From positions 1 through 40,356 of the forward strand of contig DASYAA010000079.1 of assembly GCA_036501565.1 (NCBI GenBank): 40,356 nt of DNA, read 5' to 3'. Positions 7,844 to 15,902 of this stretch are shown one piece after another (within the stretch, counting starts at the first letter, position 1; every line of letters begins with the position of its first letter). Source of the DNA: Verrucomicrobiia bacterium (GTDB taxonomy: Bacteria > Verrucomicrobiota > Verrucomicrobiia > Limisphaerales > UBA11358). The translations under genes were made by a program, and so were the position numbers. The notes beneath the pieces were generated by a model. That model did no database searches. It was not told where the DNA came from and worked only from the letters and a program-made list of their open reading frames with translations.

Positions 7844-8623
7844 TTAAACATTTTTCAAACTTTCTTCCCCCAAATAAGCCTCGATGACTTTCGGATTCGC
7901 GCGGATTTCCTCCGGTTTTCCCTCGGCGATTTTCACGCCGTAATCCAGGACGGCGATGCGCTCGCAAATGCCCATTACCACTTTCATGTCATGTTCGACC
8001 AGCAAGACGGAAATCTGAAACTTGTCCTTGATGAACTGAATCAATTGCATGAGCGCGTTCTTTTCGCTGGCGTTCATGCCGGCGGCGGGTTCGTCCAACA
8101 AAAGTAATTTTGGTTGCGTCGCCAGCGCGCGGACGATTTCCAGCCGCCGCTGGTCGCCGTAACTTAAATTTTTCGCCTCGGCGTCAAAAAAATTTTCGAG
8201 GTGAAAAATTTCGAGCAGTTCCATGACGTGACTTTCAACTTCTTGTTCGCCCTGGCGAAAAGCGCGTCCGCGCCAGAGCGCATGGCGGACGCCGCGCGCG
8301 CAGTGCAGTTGCGTGGCGGTGCGCACGTTGTCGAAGACCGTCATCGAGGCAAAGAGCCGGATGTTTTGAAACGTGCGCGCGATGCCGCGCCGGGTGAGCT
8401 GGCTCGGTTTGAGTTTTGAAGTCGGTTTATCCGCGAAAAGAATTTGTCCAGCCGTCGGTTGATAAACGCCGGTGATTAAGTTAAAAGCGGTCGTCTTGCC
8501 CGCGCCATTGGGTCCGATCAAGCCGACAAGTTCATTTTCACCAATCCGCAAATCCAAATCGGCAACGGCGGTCAATCCGCCGAAGCGGATGGAAACTTTT
8601 TCCAGTTGCAAAAGCGGATTCAT
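7844..8623 (-). CDS. livG: Branched-chain amino-acid ABC transporter ATP-binding protein (LivG type)
   Basis: Walker A GPNGAGKTT, signature LSYGDQRRLEI, Walker B LLLLDEPAAGM and the LivG-type C-terminal tail are present. Confidence 0.92.
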   Translation of the reverse strand: MNPLLQLEKVSIRFGGLTAVADLDLRIGENELVGLIGPNGAGKTTAFNLITGVYQPTAGQILFADKPTSKLKPSQLTRRGIARTFQNIRLFASMTVFDNVRTATQLHCARGVRHALWRGRAFRQGEQEVESHVMELLEIFHLENFFDAEAKNLSYGDQRRLEIVRALATQPKLLLLDEPAAGMNASEKNALMQLIQFIKDKFQISVLLVEHDMKVVMGICERIAVLDYGVKIAEGKPEEIRANPKVIEAYLGEESLKNV

Positions 8624-8644
8624 TTTTAATTTTTAATTTTTAAT
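8624..8644. repeat. Heptanucleotide tandem repeat TTTTAAT x3 spanning the livM stop codon
   Basis: Copies lie at 8624-8630, 8631-8637 and 8638-8644. They encode the livM C-terminal KLKIKN and its stop. Confidence 0.85.
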
Positions 8645-9606
8645 TTTCGCAAAGTAAAAAGTCCTTGCGGGCGCGTCAGCATGAGCACAATCAGCAGCAG
8701 CGAATAAATGACCATGCGCGCGTTGCCGACCCAGCTTAATGGAAATTCTTGGGCGATGCCGGGAATGTGTTCGATGTCGGCGAGCGCCCGCAATCCTTCC
8801 GGCAGCAACGTCAGCAAAATCGCGGCAAGGATGACGCCGATGGTGTTGCCCATGCCGCCGAGAATGACCATGACGACAAAAGCGATGGATTGCATGAAAC
8901 CAAATCCGTCAGGCGTGAGAAATTGTTTCGAATGCGCGTAAAGTCCGCCGGCGATGCCCGCAAAAAACGCGCCGATGACAAACGCGGTGACTTTGTATTT
9001 GGTTGGATTGATGCCGGTCGCTTCGGCGGCGATTTCGTCGTCGCGCACGGCGATGAAGCCGCGGCCATAAGTGGAATGAACGAGCGACGTGACGACATAG
9101 ACGGTCACGGCGGCCAGCCCGAACGTCCAGAAGAAATTCGTGTAATTATGCGTGACACTATAACCGCGCGCGCCGCCGACGGATTGCATATTTTGAAAAA
9201 TGACGCGGATGATTTCGCCGAAGCCCAGCGTGACGATGGCCAGATAATCGCCGCGCAAACGCAGCGTGGGAATGCCGACGAGCAAGCCGGCGATTGCCGC
9301 CGCGAGTCCGCCCGCGACCAGCGCGACAATAAAAACTCCGTTCGCGGCAAAAAAATTCAATTCGCCGAATTGATTCGTGATGACTGCCGCCGTGTAAGCG
9401 CCCACGGCCATAAACCCGGCGTGGCCGAGCGAAAACTGGCCGGTGTAGCCGTTGATCAAATTCAGGCTGACGGCGAGAATGATGTTGACGCCGATGTCGT
9501 AGGAAATGAAGAGCCAGTAGGAATTGATTTGATTTTCAAAAAGCGAAACCAGAAAGCACAACGCGATTGCACCGAGCAAAAAAGTTTTGGCGTGTCTGAA
9601 ATTCAT
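8626..9606 (-). CDS. livM: Branched-chain amino-acid ABC transporter permease (LivM type)
   Basis: 326 aa, polytopic membrane protein. The motif GQFSLGHAGFMAVGAY is present. There is an ATGA overlap with livH. Confidence 0.9.
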   Translation of the reverse strand: MNFRHAKTFLLGAIALCFLVSLFENQINSYWLFISYDIGVNIILAVSLNLINGYTGQFSLGHAGFMAVGAYTAAVITNQFGELNFFAANGVFIVALVAGGLAAAIAGLLVGIPTLRLRGDYLAIVTLGFGEIIRVIFQNMQSVGGARGYSVTHNYTNFFWTFGLAAVTVYVVTSLVHSTYGRGFIAVRDDEIAAEATGINPTKYKVTAFVIGAFFAGIAGGLYAHSKQFLTPDGFGFMQSIAFVVMVILGGMGNTIGVILAAILLTLLPEGLRALADIEHIPGIAQEFPLSWVGNARMVIYSLLLIVLMLTRPQGLFTLRKLKIKN

Positions 9607-10508
9607 ACTTTCTCAATTTCCTTTTTGCCCAGCAGCCCGGACGGTTTGACGAGCAAAATTAAAATCAAAATTCCAAACGCGATGGCGTCGCGGTAGGTTG
9701 AGGAAATATAGCCCGCCACGAGCGTTTCGGTGACGCCGATGATGATGCCGCCGAGCGCCGCGCCGGGCAGATTGCCGATGCCGCCCAGCACCGCCGCGAC
9801 GAATGCCTTGAGTCCCGGCAAAATTCCCATGAGTGGATCAATCGCCGGATAATTGACGGCAAACAAAATTCCCGCCGCCGCCGCGAGCGCGGAGCCGAGC
9901 GCAAACGTGAACGAAATCACAACGTCGGTGTTGATGCCCATGAGCGCCGCCGCGTCGGGATTGAACGCCAGCGCGCGCATCGCCGTGCCGATTTTTGTTT
10001 TCTGCACGATGAACCGCAACCCGACCAGCAGCAGCGCGGTCACAATGAACACGATGATTTGATTGCTCGTGACGCTCAAGCCGCCGACGTGGGTGATGGG
10101 ATAGGACGGGATGAGCGCGGGAAATTTTTTTGGCGCGGCGCCGAAGAAAAGCTGGCCGGCGTATTCGAGAAAAAGTGAAACGCCAATCGCGGTGATCAGC
10201 ACGGTCAATCTCGGGCTGCGCCGTAATGGGCGATAGGCGAATCGTTCGATCACAATTCCCAACGCGGCGCAAATCGCCATTGAAATTCCCATGACGAGAA
10301 GGCCGCTCAAAATGGATGGCGTCGGAAAAATCGCGGCGATTTTTGGCGTGAGATAAAATCCGGCGAACGCGCCGAGCATGAAAATGTCGCCGTGCGCGAA
10401 ATTGATGAACCGGAGAATTCCATAAACCATCGTGTAGCCGAGCGCGATGAGCGCGAGAATCGAGCCAAGCGCGAGACCGTTGATGAGTTGCTGCAAAAAT
10501 TCAGTCAT
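9603..10508 (-). CDS. livH: Branched-chain amino-acid ABC transporter permease (LivH type)
   Basis: 301 aa, polytopic. The N-terminus is QQLINGL..GSILALIALGYTMVYG and the motif INFAHGD is present. Confidence 0.9.
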   Translation of the reverse strand: MTEFLQQLINGLALGSILALIALGYTMVYGILRFINFAHGDIFMLGAFAGFYLTPKIAAIFPTPSILSGLLVMGISMAICAALGIVIERFAYRPLRRSPRLTVLITAIGVSLFLEYAGQLFFGAAPKKFPALIPSYPITHVGGLSVTSNQIIVFIVTALLLVGLRFIVQKTKIGTAMRALAFNPDAAALMGINTDVVISFTFALGSALAAAAGILFAVNYPAIDPLMGILPGLKAFVAAVLGGIGNLPGAALGGIIIGVTETLVAGYISSTYRDAIAFGILILILLVKPSGLLGKKEIEKV

Positions 10509-10560
10509 CCCAATGCGCGAAGAATGGCGCGGGAATGAATTTTTGTCGAGCGCGCGGAAT

Positions 10561-11709
10561 TTACGGCGCCACGGTCTCGACGTATTTGAACTGGCCGTTT
10601 TTGATTTCCAAAATCACGGCGGGTTTCGAGGCGTTGCGGTTGGCGTCAATCGTGATTTTGCCGGTGACGCCGGAAAAATCTTTCGCCGCCGCGAGCGCGT
10701 CGCGGACTTTTGGGCCGTCGGTTGTGCCCGCGCGTTTCATCGCGTCCGCCAGAATCATCGCCGAATCGTAGCCGAGCGCGGCCATCGCGTCGGGCGTTTC
10801 ATGATATTTGGCCTCGAATTCCTTCACAAAATTTCGCACTTCGGGCGCCGTGCTGTCCGGCGAAAAGTGTGTGGAAAAATAACAGCCTTCGAGCGCTTTG
10901 CCGCCGATGGGCACGAGCGCGGAAGATTCCCAGCCGTCGCCGCCGAACAACGGCACGGTGATGCCCAGTTGCCGCGCCTGCAACGCGATCAATCCGACTT
11001 CGGTGTAATAACCGGGAACGAAAATGCCGTCGGGATTGGCCGCCTTGATGGCGGTCAATTGCGCGCTGAAATCCTTGTCGCCGTGGCTGTAATTTTCTTC
11101 CGCCACGATTTTTCCGCCGTCGGCGATGAAGCGTTGCTTGAAAAATTTCGCCAGCCCGACGCTGTAATCGCTGCTTGATTCGACCAGCACTGCGGCATTT
11201 TGCAACTTGAGCGTCTTGCGCGCGAAATTCGCCATGACAGTCCCTTGAAACGGATCAATGAAACACACGCGGAAAATGTAATCGCCGACTTCGGTGACCT
11301 TTGGGTTCGTGGACGCGGGTGAAATCATCGGGATTTTATTTTCCTGACAAATCGGCGCGGCTTCGAGCGAACGCGACGACGCGACTTCGCCGAGAATCGC
11401 CACGACGCCATCGCTCGAAATCAATTTGCGCACAACCGTCGCCGGCTGGCCGGCCTGCGACTGGTCGTCTTCGGTGAGCAATTGAAATTTTTTTCCAAGA
11501 ACGCCGCCTGCGGCGTTGAGGTCGTCAATCGCCAGTTGCGTGCCTTTGTGCGAGGACTGGCCGAACGTGGCCTCGCTGCCGGTCAATGACGCAAACTCGC
11601 CCACTTTAATGACATCGCTGTTCGCGGCGGATTCGCCCGACGGCTTGTTACAGCCAGCGAGAAGCAAAACCGCCGCACCCGCCACAAATTGCCCGCGCCA
11701 GATTTTCAT
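10561..11709 (-). CDS. Branched-chain amino-acid ABC transporter substrate-binding lipoprotein (LivJ/LivK family)
   Basis: 382 aa with signal peptide and lipobox LLLAGC. It is collinear with type I periplasmic binding proteins and is the first gene of the liv-type operon. Confidence 0.88.
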   Translation of the reverse strand: MKIWRGQFVAGAAVLLLAGCNKPSGESAANSDVIKVGEFASLTGSEATFGQSSHKGTQLAIDDLNAAGGVLGKKFQLLTEDDQSQAGQPATVVRKLISSDGVVAILGEVASSRSLEAAPICQENKIPMISPASTNPKVTEVGDYIFRVCFIDPFQGTVMANFARKTLKLQNAAVLVESSSDYSVGLAKFFKQRFIADGGKIVAEENYSHGDKDFSAQLTAIKAANPDGIFVPGYYTEVGLIALQARQLGITVPLFGGDGWESSALVPIGGKALEGCYFSTHFSPDSTAPEVRNFVKEFEAKYHETPDAMAALGYDSAMILADAMKRAGTTDGPKVRDALAAAKDFSGVTGKITIDANRNASKPAVILEIKNGQFKYVETVAP

Positions 11710-11906
11710 ATAGGTTGCAGGCTAGAAAATTTCACGCCGACATTCAACCTTGTTTCCTGCGCAACAATTCCAGGAAAAAATAAATGGCATCAAGTGCTAT
11801 TGAATTTGAATAAGCCGTGAAGCAATCAAAGATTTTGGACAAAGCTACAACAGACATCATGAATGTTGCGAGAATCAAGCAGTTGCAAATCTACTTGTAA
11901 GTTTCA

Positions 11907-11932
11907 CTCTCCGCGCCTTTGCGTCTTTGCAG
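11907..11932. repeat. Dispersed repeat copy (CTCYGCGCCTYTG family)
   Basis: ctctccgcgcctttgcgtctttgcag resembles 12684-12708 and the reverse complement of 7761-7785. Confidence 0.5.
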
Positions 11933-11962
11933 TTCACTTCATTTCCACTATAACAAACACCC

Positions 11963-12616
11963 GTGCTTAAACAATTTTTCCAGCCGCTCATCGCGTGGTA
12001 TTTGGCCGCGCTGAAAACCGGCGGCTATTTCGCCATCGTGCTGCTGATGACGATGGAAAGTTCCTTCCTGCCGCTGCCGAGCGAAGTCATCATCCCGCCC
12101 GCCGCGCATCTCGCGGACGCGGGACAGATTCCGCTGGGATTCGCGGGCATCGTCGTCGCGGGCGCGTTCGGCTCGTGGCTCGGCGCGACCATCATGTATT
12201 GGCTGGCGCGGTTCGCGGGTCGTCCGCTCGTTTTGCGTTATGGGAAACTGATTTTGTTCCCGCCGGAAAAACTGGAGAAGGCCGAACGCTGGATGGCGCA
12301 TTACGGCGCGATGGGCGTGTTCATCGCGCGATTGTTGCCGGGCGCGCGGCAACTCGTCGGCATTCCCGCCGGCATCGCGCGGCTGGATTACCTGAAATTT
12401 TCTCTTTTCACGCTGCTCGGCTCGACGATCTGGTGCTCGGTGCTTTGCTATGTCGGCGTGAAAGCTGGTCAGGATGAAAAGCTCATGCACGGCGAATTGC
12501 ATCACGTCGCGCTCTGGCTCGGCGGCGCAATGATTTTTCTCGGCGGACTTTATTATTTCTTCGTCCACCGGCACATGAAGCAGAAGCCAGAAGTCAGAAA
12601 TCGGAAGTCAGAATAA
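11963..12616 (+). CDS. dedA: DedA family inner-membrane protein
   Basis: GTG start, 217 aa. The motifs ESSFLPLPSEVIIPPAA and GIPAG are typical of the DedA/SNARE-associated family. Confidence 0.88.
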   Translation: MLKQFFQPLIAWYLAALKTGGYFAIVLLMTMESSFLPLPSEVIIPPAAHLADAGQIPLGFAGIVVAGAFGSWLGATIMYWLARFAGRPLVLRYGKLILFPPEKLEKAERWMAHYGAMGVFIARLLPGARQLVGIPAGIARLDYLKFSLFTLLGSTIWCSVLCYVGVKAGQDEKLMHGELHHVALWLGGAMIFLGGLYYFFVHRHMKQKPEVRNRKSE

Positions 12617-12648
12617 AAATTTTCTTTCGCGCTGTCACTTTTCAAAAT

Positions 12649-12708
12649 ATCCGTGTCCATCTGTGTCCATCCGTGGTTAAAAACTCTGCGCCTCTGTGTC
12701 TCTGTGGC
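12649..12708. repeat. Composite of two dispersed repeat families (ATCCGTGTCC tandem plus CTCTGCGCCTCTGTGTCTCTGTGGC)
   Basis: atccgtgtccatctgtgtccatccgtgg lies at 12649-12676. ctctgcgcctctgtgtctctgtggc lies at 12684-12708; its first 15 nt (12684-12698) are the exact reverse complement of cacagaggcgcagag at 7771-7785. Confidence 0.7.
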
Positions 12709-12757
12709 AAAATAATTCTTCGTCGCCGAAAATTGACTTCCGTTGTAAATTGTTTCC

Positions 12758-14380
12758 GTGCCAGTCAGTGATTCCATCCGCAAAAAAATCAGCGCGTTGC
12801 CGCACAAGCCGGGCGTGTATCTGCATCGCGACCGGTTCGGCACTGTCATCTACGTCGGCAAGGCGCTCAATTTGCGCAAGCGTGTCAGTCAGTATTTTCA
12901 ATTCAGCCGGCGCATGGGCTGGGACTTGAAATTCAACGCGCTCGTCGAGGCGATTTGCGATTTCGATTTTCACGTCGTCCGCAGCGAACCCGAAGCGCTC
13001 CTGCTCGAAAGCAAACTGATCAAGGAATTCAAGCCGCGCTACAACATCAGCTTCCGTGACGACAAACGTTTCCTGATGCTGAAAGTGAACCTGAACGATC
13101 CGATCCCGAATTTTACTTTTGCGCGATTCAAAAAAGACGACGGCGCAAAATATTTTGGTCCGTTTGTCAACGCGACGGCGGCGCGAAACGTCGTCACGCT
13201 CGCGCAACGGCAATTTAATCTGCGCGGCTGCCGCGTGTTTACGCCCGGCGAGGCGGATTACAAGCACTGCCTTTACGCGCATCTGAAATACTGCACCGCG
13301 CCGTGCGTTGGAAATGTTTCGCGCGAGCAATATCTCGAACAAGTCAAGGCCGCGTGCGGTTTTCTCGAAGGCCAGTGCCGCGAAATGCAGGAGCAGCTCG
13401 AAGGCGAAATGAAAAAAGCGGCGAAGAACCAGGATTTTGAAAAAGCGGCGAGCCTGCGCGACTTGGTTCGCGACCTCAAAGACACCTGGAAAAAGACGGA
13501 GAAATTTACGCGCATTCCGTATTCGTTGCCGGGAAGCATCCAGCCGCAAAATGATCTGGTCGAACTGGCAAATGTTTTGGATTTGCCCGAGCCACCGCTA
13601 CGGATTGAAGGTTTCGACATTTCAAACATCAGCGGCACATTCGCCGTCGCGTCGCTCGTTAGTTTCAAAAATGGACGGCCTGACCGCGCGAATTATCGTC
13701 GCTTCAAAATCAAAACCGTCGAAGGTCAGGACGATTTTGCAAGCATGGCGGAAGTCGTGCGGCGACGTTATATGCGTTTGCTCAACGAGTCCAAAGTCCA
13801 AAGTCCAAAGTCCAAAGACGAAGGCGGCGAGGCGATTCCGCAGGAACTTCAAAAATTGGTGAATGAAACGAGCCGGAAAATTAGGCGCGGAATTCCGGCT
13901 AAAAATTCCGAGCTTCAATTCACAAAATCCAATCTGCCGGATTTGATTTTGATTGATGGCGGCAAAGGGCAATTGAGCGCAGCGGTTGGCGAATTAAAAA
14001 AACTTGGCCTCGAAAAAATTCCGATCATCGGGCTGGCGAAAGAATTTGAGGAGATTTATCTGCCTGGCAAAAGCGAACCGTTGCGGCTCGGCCTCAATCA
14101 TCCGGCGGTGAAATTATTGCAGCGCATCCGCGACGAATCGCATCGCGTGGCGAATTCCTACAACGCGCAATTGCGGCTCAAGCGGATTTCCGAAAGCGTG
14201 CTGGATGAATTTCCCGGCATCGGCGAGCGGCGCAAATCGGCGTTGCTGAAAAAATTCGGCTCGGTGCGGCGATTGCAACTGGCGACGCTGGAACAAATTT
14301 CCGAAGTGTCCGGCTTCGGCGGCAAGGCGGCGGAGGAATTGAAAAAATTTCTGGACGCGCGATCAACTTTGCCCGGCTGA
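12758..14380 (+). CDS. uvrC: Excinuclease ABC subunit C
   Basis: GIY-YIG N-terminus (PGVYLHRDRFGTVIYVGKALNLRKRVSQYF), UVR motif (FEKAASLRDLVRDL), IDGGKGQL, and a C-terminal HhH (FPGIGERRKSALLKKFGS). GTG start. Confidence 0.95.
   Translation: MPVSDSIRKKISALPHKPGVYLHRDRFGTVIYVGKALNLRKRVSQYFQFSRRMGWDLKFNALVEAICDFDFHVVRSEPEALLLESKLIKEFKPRYNISFRDDKRFLMLKVNLNDPIPNFTFARFKKDDGAKYFGPFVNATAARNVVTLAQRQFNLRGCRVFTPGEADYKHCLYAHLKYCTAPCVGNVSREQYLEQVKAACGFLEGQCREMQEQLEGEMKKAAKNQDFEKAASLRDLVRDLKDTWKKTEKFTRIPYSLPGSIQPQNDLVELANVLDLPEPPLRIEGFDISNISGTFAVASLVSFKNGRPDRANYRRFKIKTVEGQDDFASMAEVVRRRYMRLLNESKVQSPKSKDEGGEAIPQELQKLVNETSRKIRRGIPAKNSELQFTKSNLPDLILIDGGKGQLSAAVGELKKLGLEKIPIIGLAKEFEEIYLPGKSEPLRLGLNHPAVKLLQRIRDESHRVANSYNAQLRLKRISESVLDEFPGIGERRKSALLKKFGSVRRLQLATLEQISEVSGFGGKAAEELKKFLDARSTLPG
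13789..13816. repeat. Heptanucleotide tandem repeat GTCCAAA x4 inside uvrC
   Basis: Four perfect copies that translate as KVQSPKSK within a lineage-specific linker. Confidence 0.9.
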
Positions 14381-15004
14381 TGAACGGGTTCTGTTCGCAG
14401 CGTCGCCCAATCCATAACTTATAGCGGCAAAAAAACCCGCCGGAATGACTGCCCAAAGAACTGTCACCAACAACTGATCGCTGGTGAAATTGAAATGCGG
14501 CAAAATAAAATTCGCGGCGAATCCGCCACAGACCGGCCAAAAAAGAGACGCGACAGCTTGAATTATTTCCCTCCGTCGCTTGTCAGGAACAATCGGAACA
14601 AATCGGTAAAACTGCGGCGTGCTGGACCAAATCAAAACGAACAGAGCAACTGCGACAAATCCCGCCATTCGTTCCGCAGCGCTCATTTCGATCTTGAAAA
14701 GTAAATAGCTGCACCAAAGCAAATATAGAAACGCAAACGCGGGGCAAAAAATCCTCATCGGTTTTCTTTGCCTCGCGCATTTGGTTTCGCCAATTTTCGT
14801 GAACTCGACTTTCAGTGCATTGGCTTGCCCAATTTTCTGAATAGCGGAATTAAAAGCGGCCTGCCCGTCCAATCCCGATGCCATCTGCCGCTCAATTTCT
14901 TCGCGCAGATGAATTTCCAATTCTTCCAGCGGCACGGGCGTTTTGATTCCGGCGGCGAGCATTTGTTTTCGCCATTCGATGATTGATTGTTCGAGGTTGA
15001 ACAT
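14363..15004 (-). CDS. Membrane protein with a PadR-associated N-terminal module (permease-prefix-like domain), about 4 TM segments
   Basis: 213 aa. The first 40 aa are nearly identical to the upstream paralog. The C-terminal half is hydrophobic. It is the last gene of the PadR operon, and its 3' end overlaps the uvrC 3' end by 18 nt (convergent). Confidence 0.75.
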   Translation of the reverse strand: MFNLEQSIIEWRKQMLAAGIKTPVPLEELEIHLREEIERQMASGLDGQAAFNSAIQKIGQANALKVEFTKIGETKCARQRKPMRIFCPAFAFLYLLWCSYLLFKIEMSAAERMAGFVAVALFVLIWSSTPQFYRFVPIVPDKRRREIIQAVASLFWPVCGGFAANFILPHFNFTSDQLLVTVLWAVIPAGFFAAISYGLGDAANRTRSSAGQS

Positions 15005-15011
15005 ATTCCGA

Positions 15012-15440
15012 CTATGCTTTGCGCTTTTTGAAACCGTAGATTGCCATGCTTATGCCGGCGAAGACAATGGGAATCCCGATCAGAAAACCGATTGTTGCGT
15101 CGTGAACCATCGTTCCCTGTTCATTATATTTGGCGATCGCCGGCGTGACAAATCCCATACCGACGGCAACGCCGATTATACCCGCGCTGATGATGATTGT
15201 TCGTCTCATAAATGTCCTTTCACTTTTGTTGAATTCGTTTTTTAGCATTTTAGGTTGACCAATTTTCCGGGTAGAAAAATGAAAAGCTTCCTGTTCGTTC
15301 AAGCTCAATCCCAATTTGATTTGCCGCTCAATTTCTTCGCGCAAATGGATTTCCAATTCTTCCAACGGCACGGGCGTTTTGATCCCAGCGGCGAGCATTT
15401 GTTTTCGCCAATCTGCGATGGATTGTTCGAGGTCAAACAT
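15012..15440 (-). CDS. Membrane protein with a PadR-associated N-terminal module, 2 TM segments
   Basis: 142 aa. The N-terminus is MFDLEQSIADWRKQMLAAGIKTPVPLEELEIHLREEIERQ, followed by two hydrophobic segments. Its start overlaps the PadR stop by 8 nt. Confidence 0.75.
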   Translation of the reverse strand: MFDLEQSIADWRKQMLAAGIKTPVPLEELEIHLREEIERQIKLGLSLNEQEAFHFSTRKIGQPKMLKNEFNKSERTFMRRTIIISAGIIGVAVGMGFVTPAIAKYNEQGTMVHDATIGFLIGIPIVFAGISMAIYGFKKRKA

Positions 15441-15780
15441 ATTGCTCCTTTTTTAATCCGGCCAAAACGGAATGCACCAGCGACCATTGTTCGTGGTGTT
15501 TGGCCATCGCCGTTTTGCCATCTTTTTTGAGCGAATAGTATTTCCGCTTCCGTCCGGTCTCGCTTTCCGCCCAGCGCGACTTGATCAGTCCGCGATGTTC
15601 CATCCGGTGCAAAACCGGATAAAGCATTCCGTCCGTCCAATTCAATTTGCCGTCCGAGCGCGCCTTGACTTCCTGAATTATGGCGTAACCGTAGCTCTCA
15701 CCCTTGGAAAGCAGCGATAAAATTAGCGGTTCAGCCGAGGCGGCGACGAGTTCTTTGCGAATCATAGGAACACGATACAT
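15433..15780 (-). CDS. PadR family transcriptional regulator
   Basis: Winged-helix signature LILSLLSKGESYGYAIIQEV...GMLYPVLHRMEHRGLI...RKYYSLKKDG. The start is ambiguous among ATGs at 15765, 15780 and 15843. Confidence 0.9.
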   Translation of the reverse strand: MYRVPMIRKELVAASAEPLILSLLSKGESYGYAIIQEVKARSDGKLNWTDGMLYPVLHRMEHRGLIKSRWAESETGRKRKYYSLKKDGKTAMAKHHEQWSLVHSVLAGLKKEQYV

Positions 15781-15902
15781 AGACTTTATATGTATGTCAA
15801 GCGGAAAATTCAGCGCGTCGGCTTTTCGTCGATTGCGCGCCAAAGAAATAGCTCTCGTTACGTCTCAAACTCCGATAAACTGGCAAAGTCGAAAGACATT
15901 TT

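Noticed and set aside
11710-11962. A leader peptide or attenuator upstream of the liv-type operon (a minus-strand 21-codon ORF, MMSVVALSKIFDCFTAYSNSI).
   Set aside because: It has no run of Leu/Ile/Val codons, and I could not identify an alternative terminator/antiterminator pairing. It is probably just an AT-rich divergent promoter region.
12649-12708. Short tandem or direct repeats here and at 2696-2728 as a possible CRISPR array.
   Set aside because: The units are 7-11 nt and directly abutting, with no spacers of about 30 nt. There are no cas genes in the window.
15775-15795. ATACAT-N9-ATGTAT inverted repeat as the PadR operator.
   Set aside because: It has only 6-bp arms in an AT-rich stretch and overlaps one candidate PadR start codon. 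That is too weak to call as a feature, so it is noted only as a hypothesis within the PadR finding.
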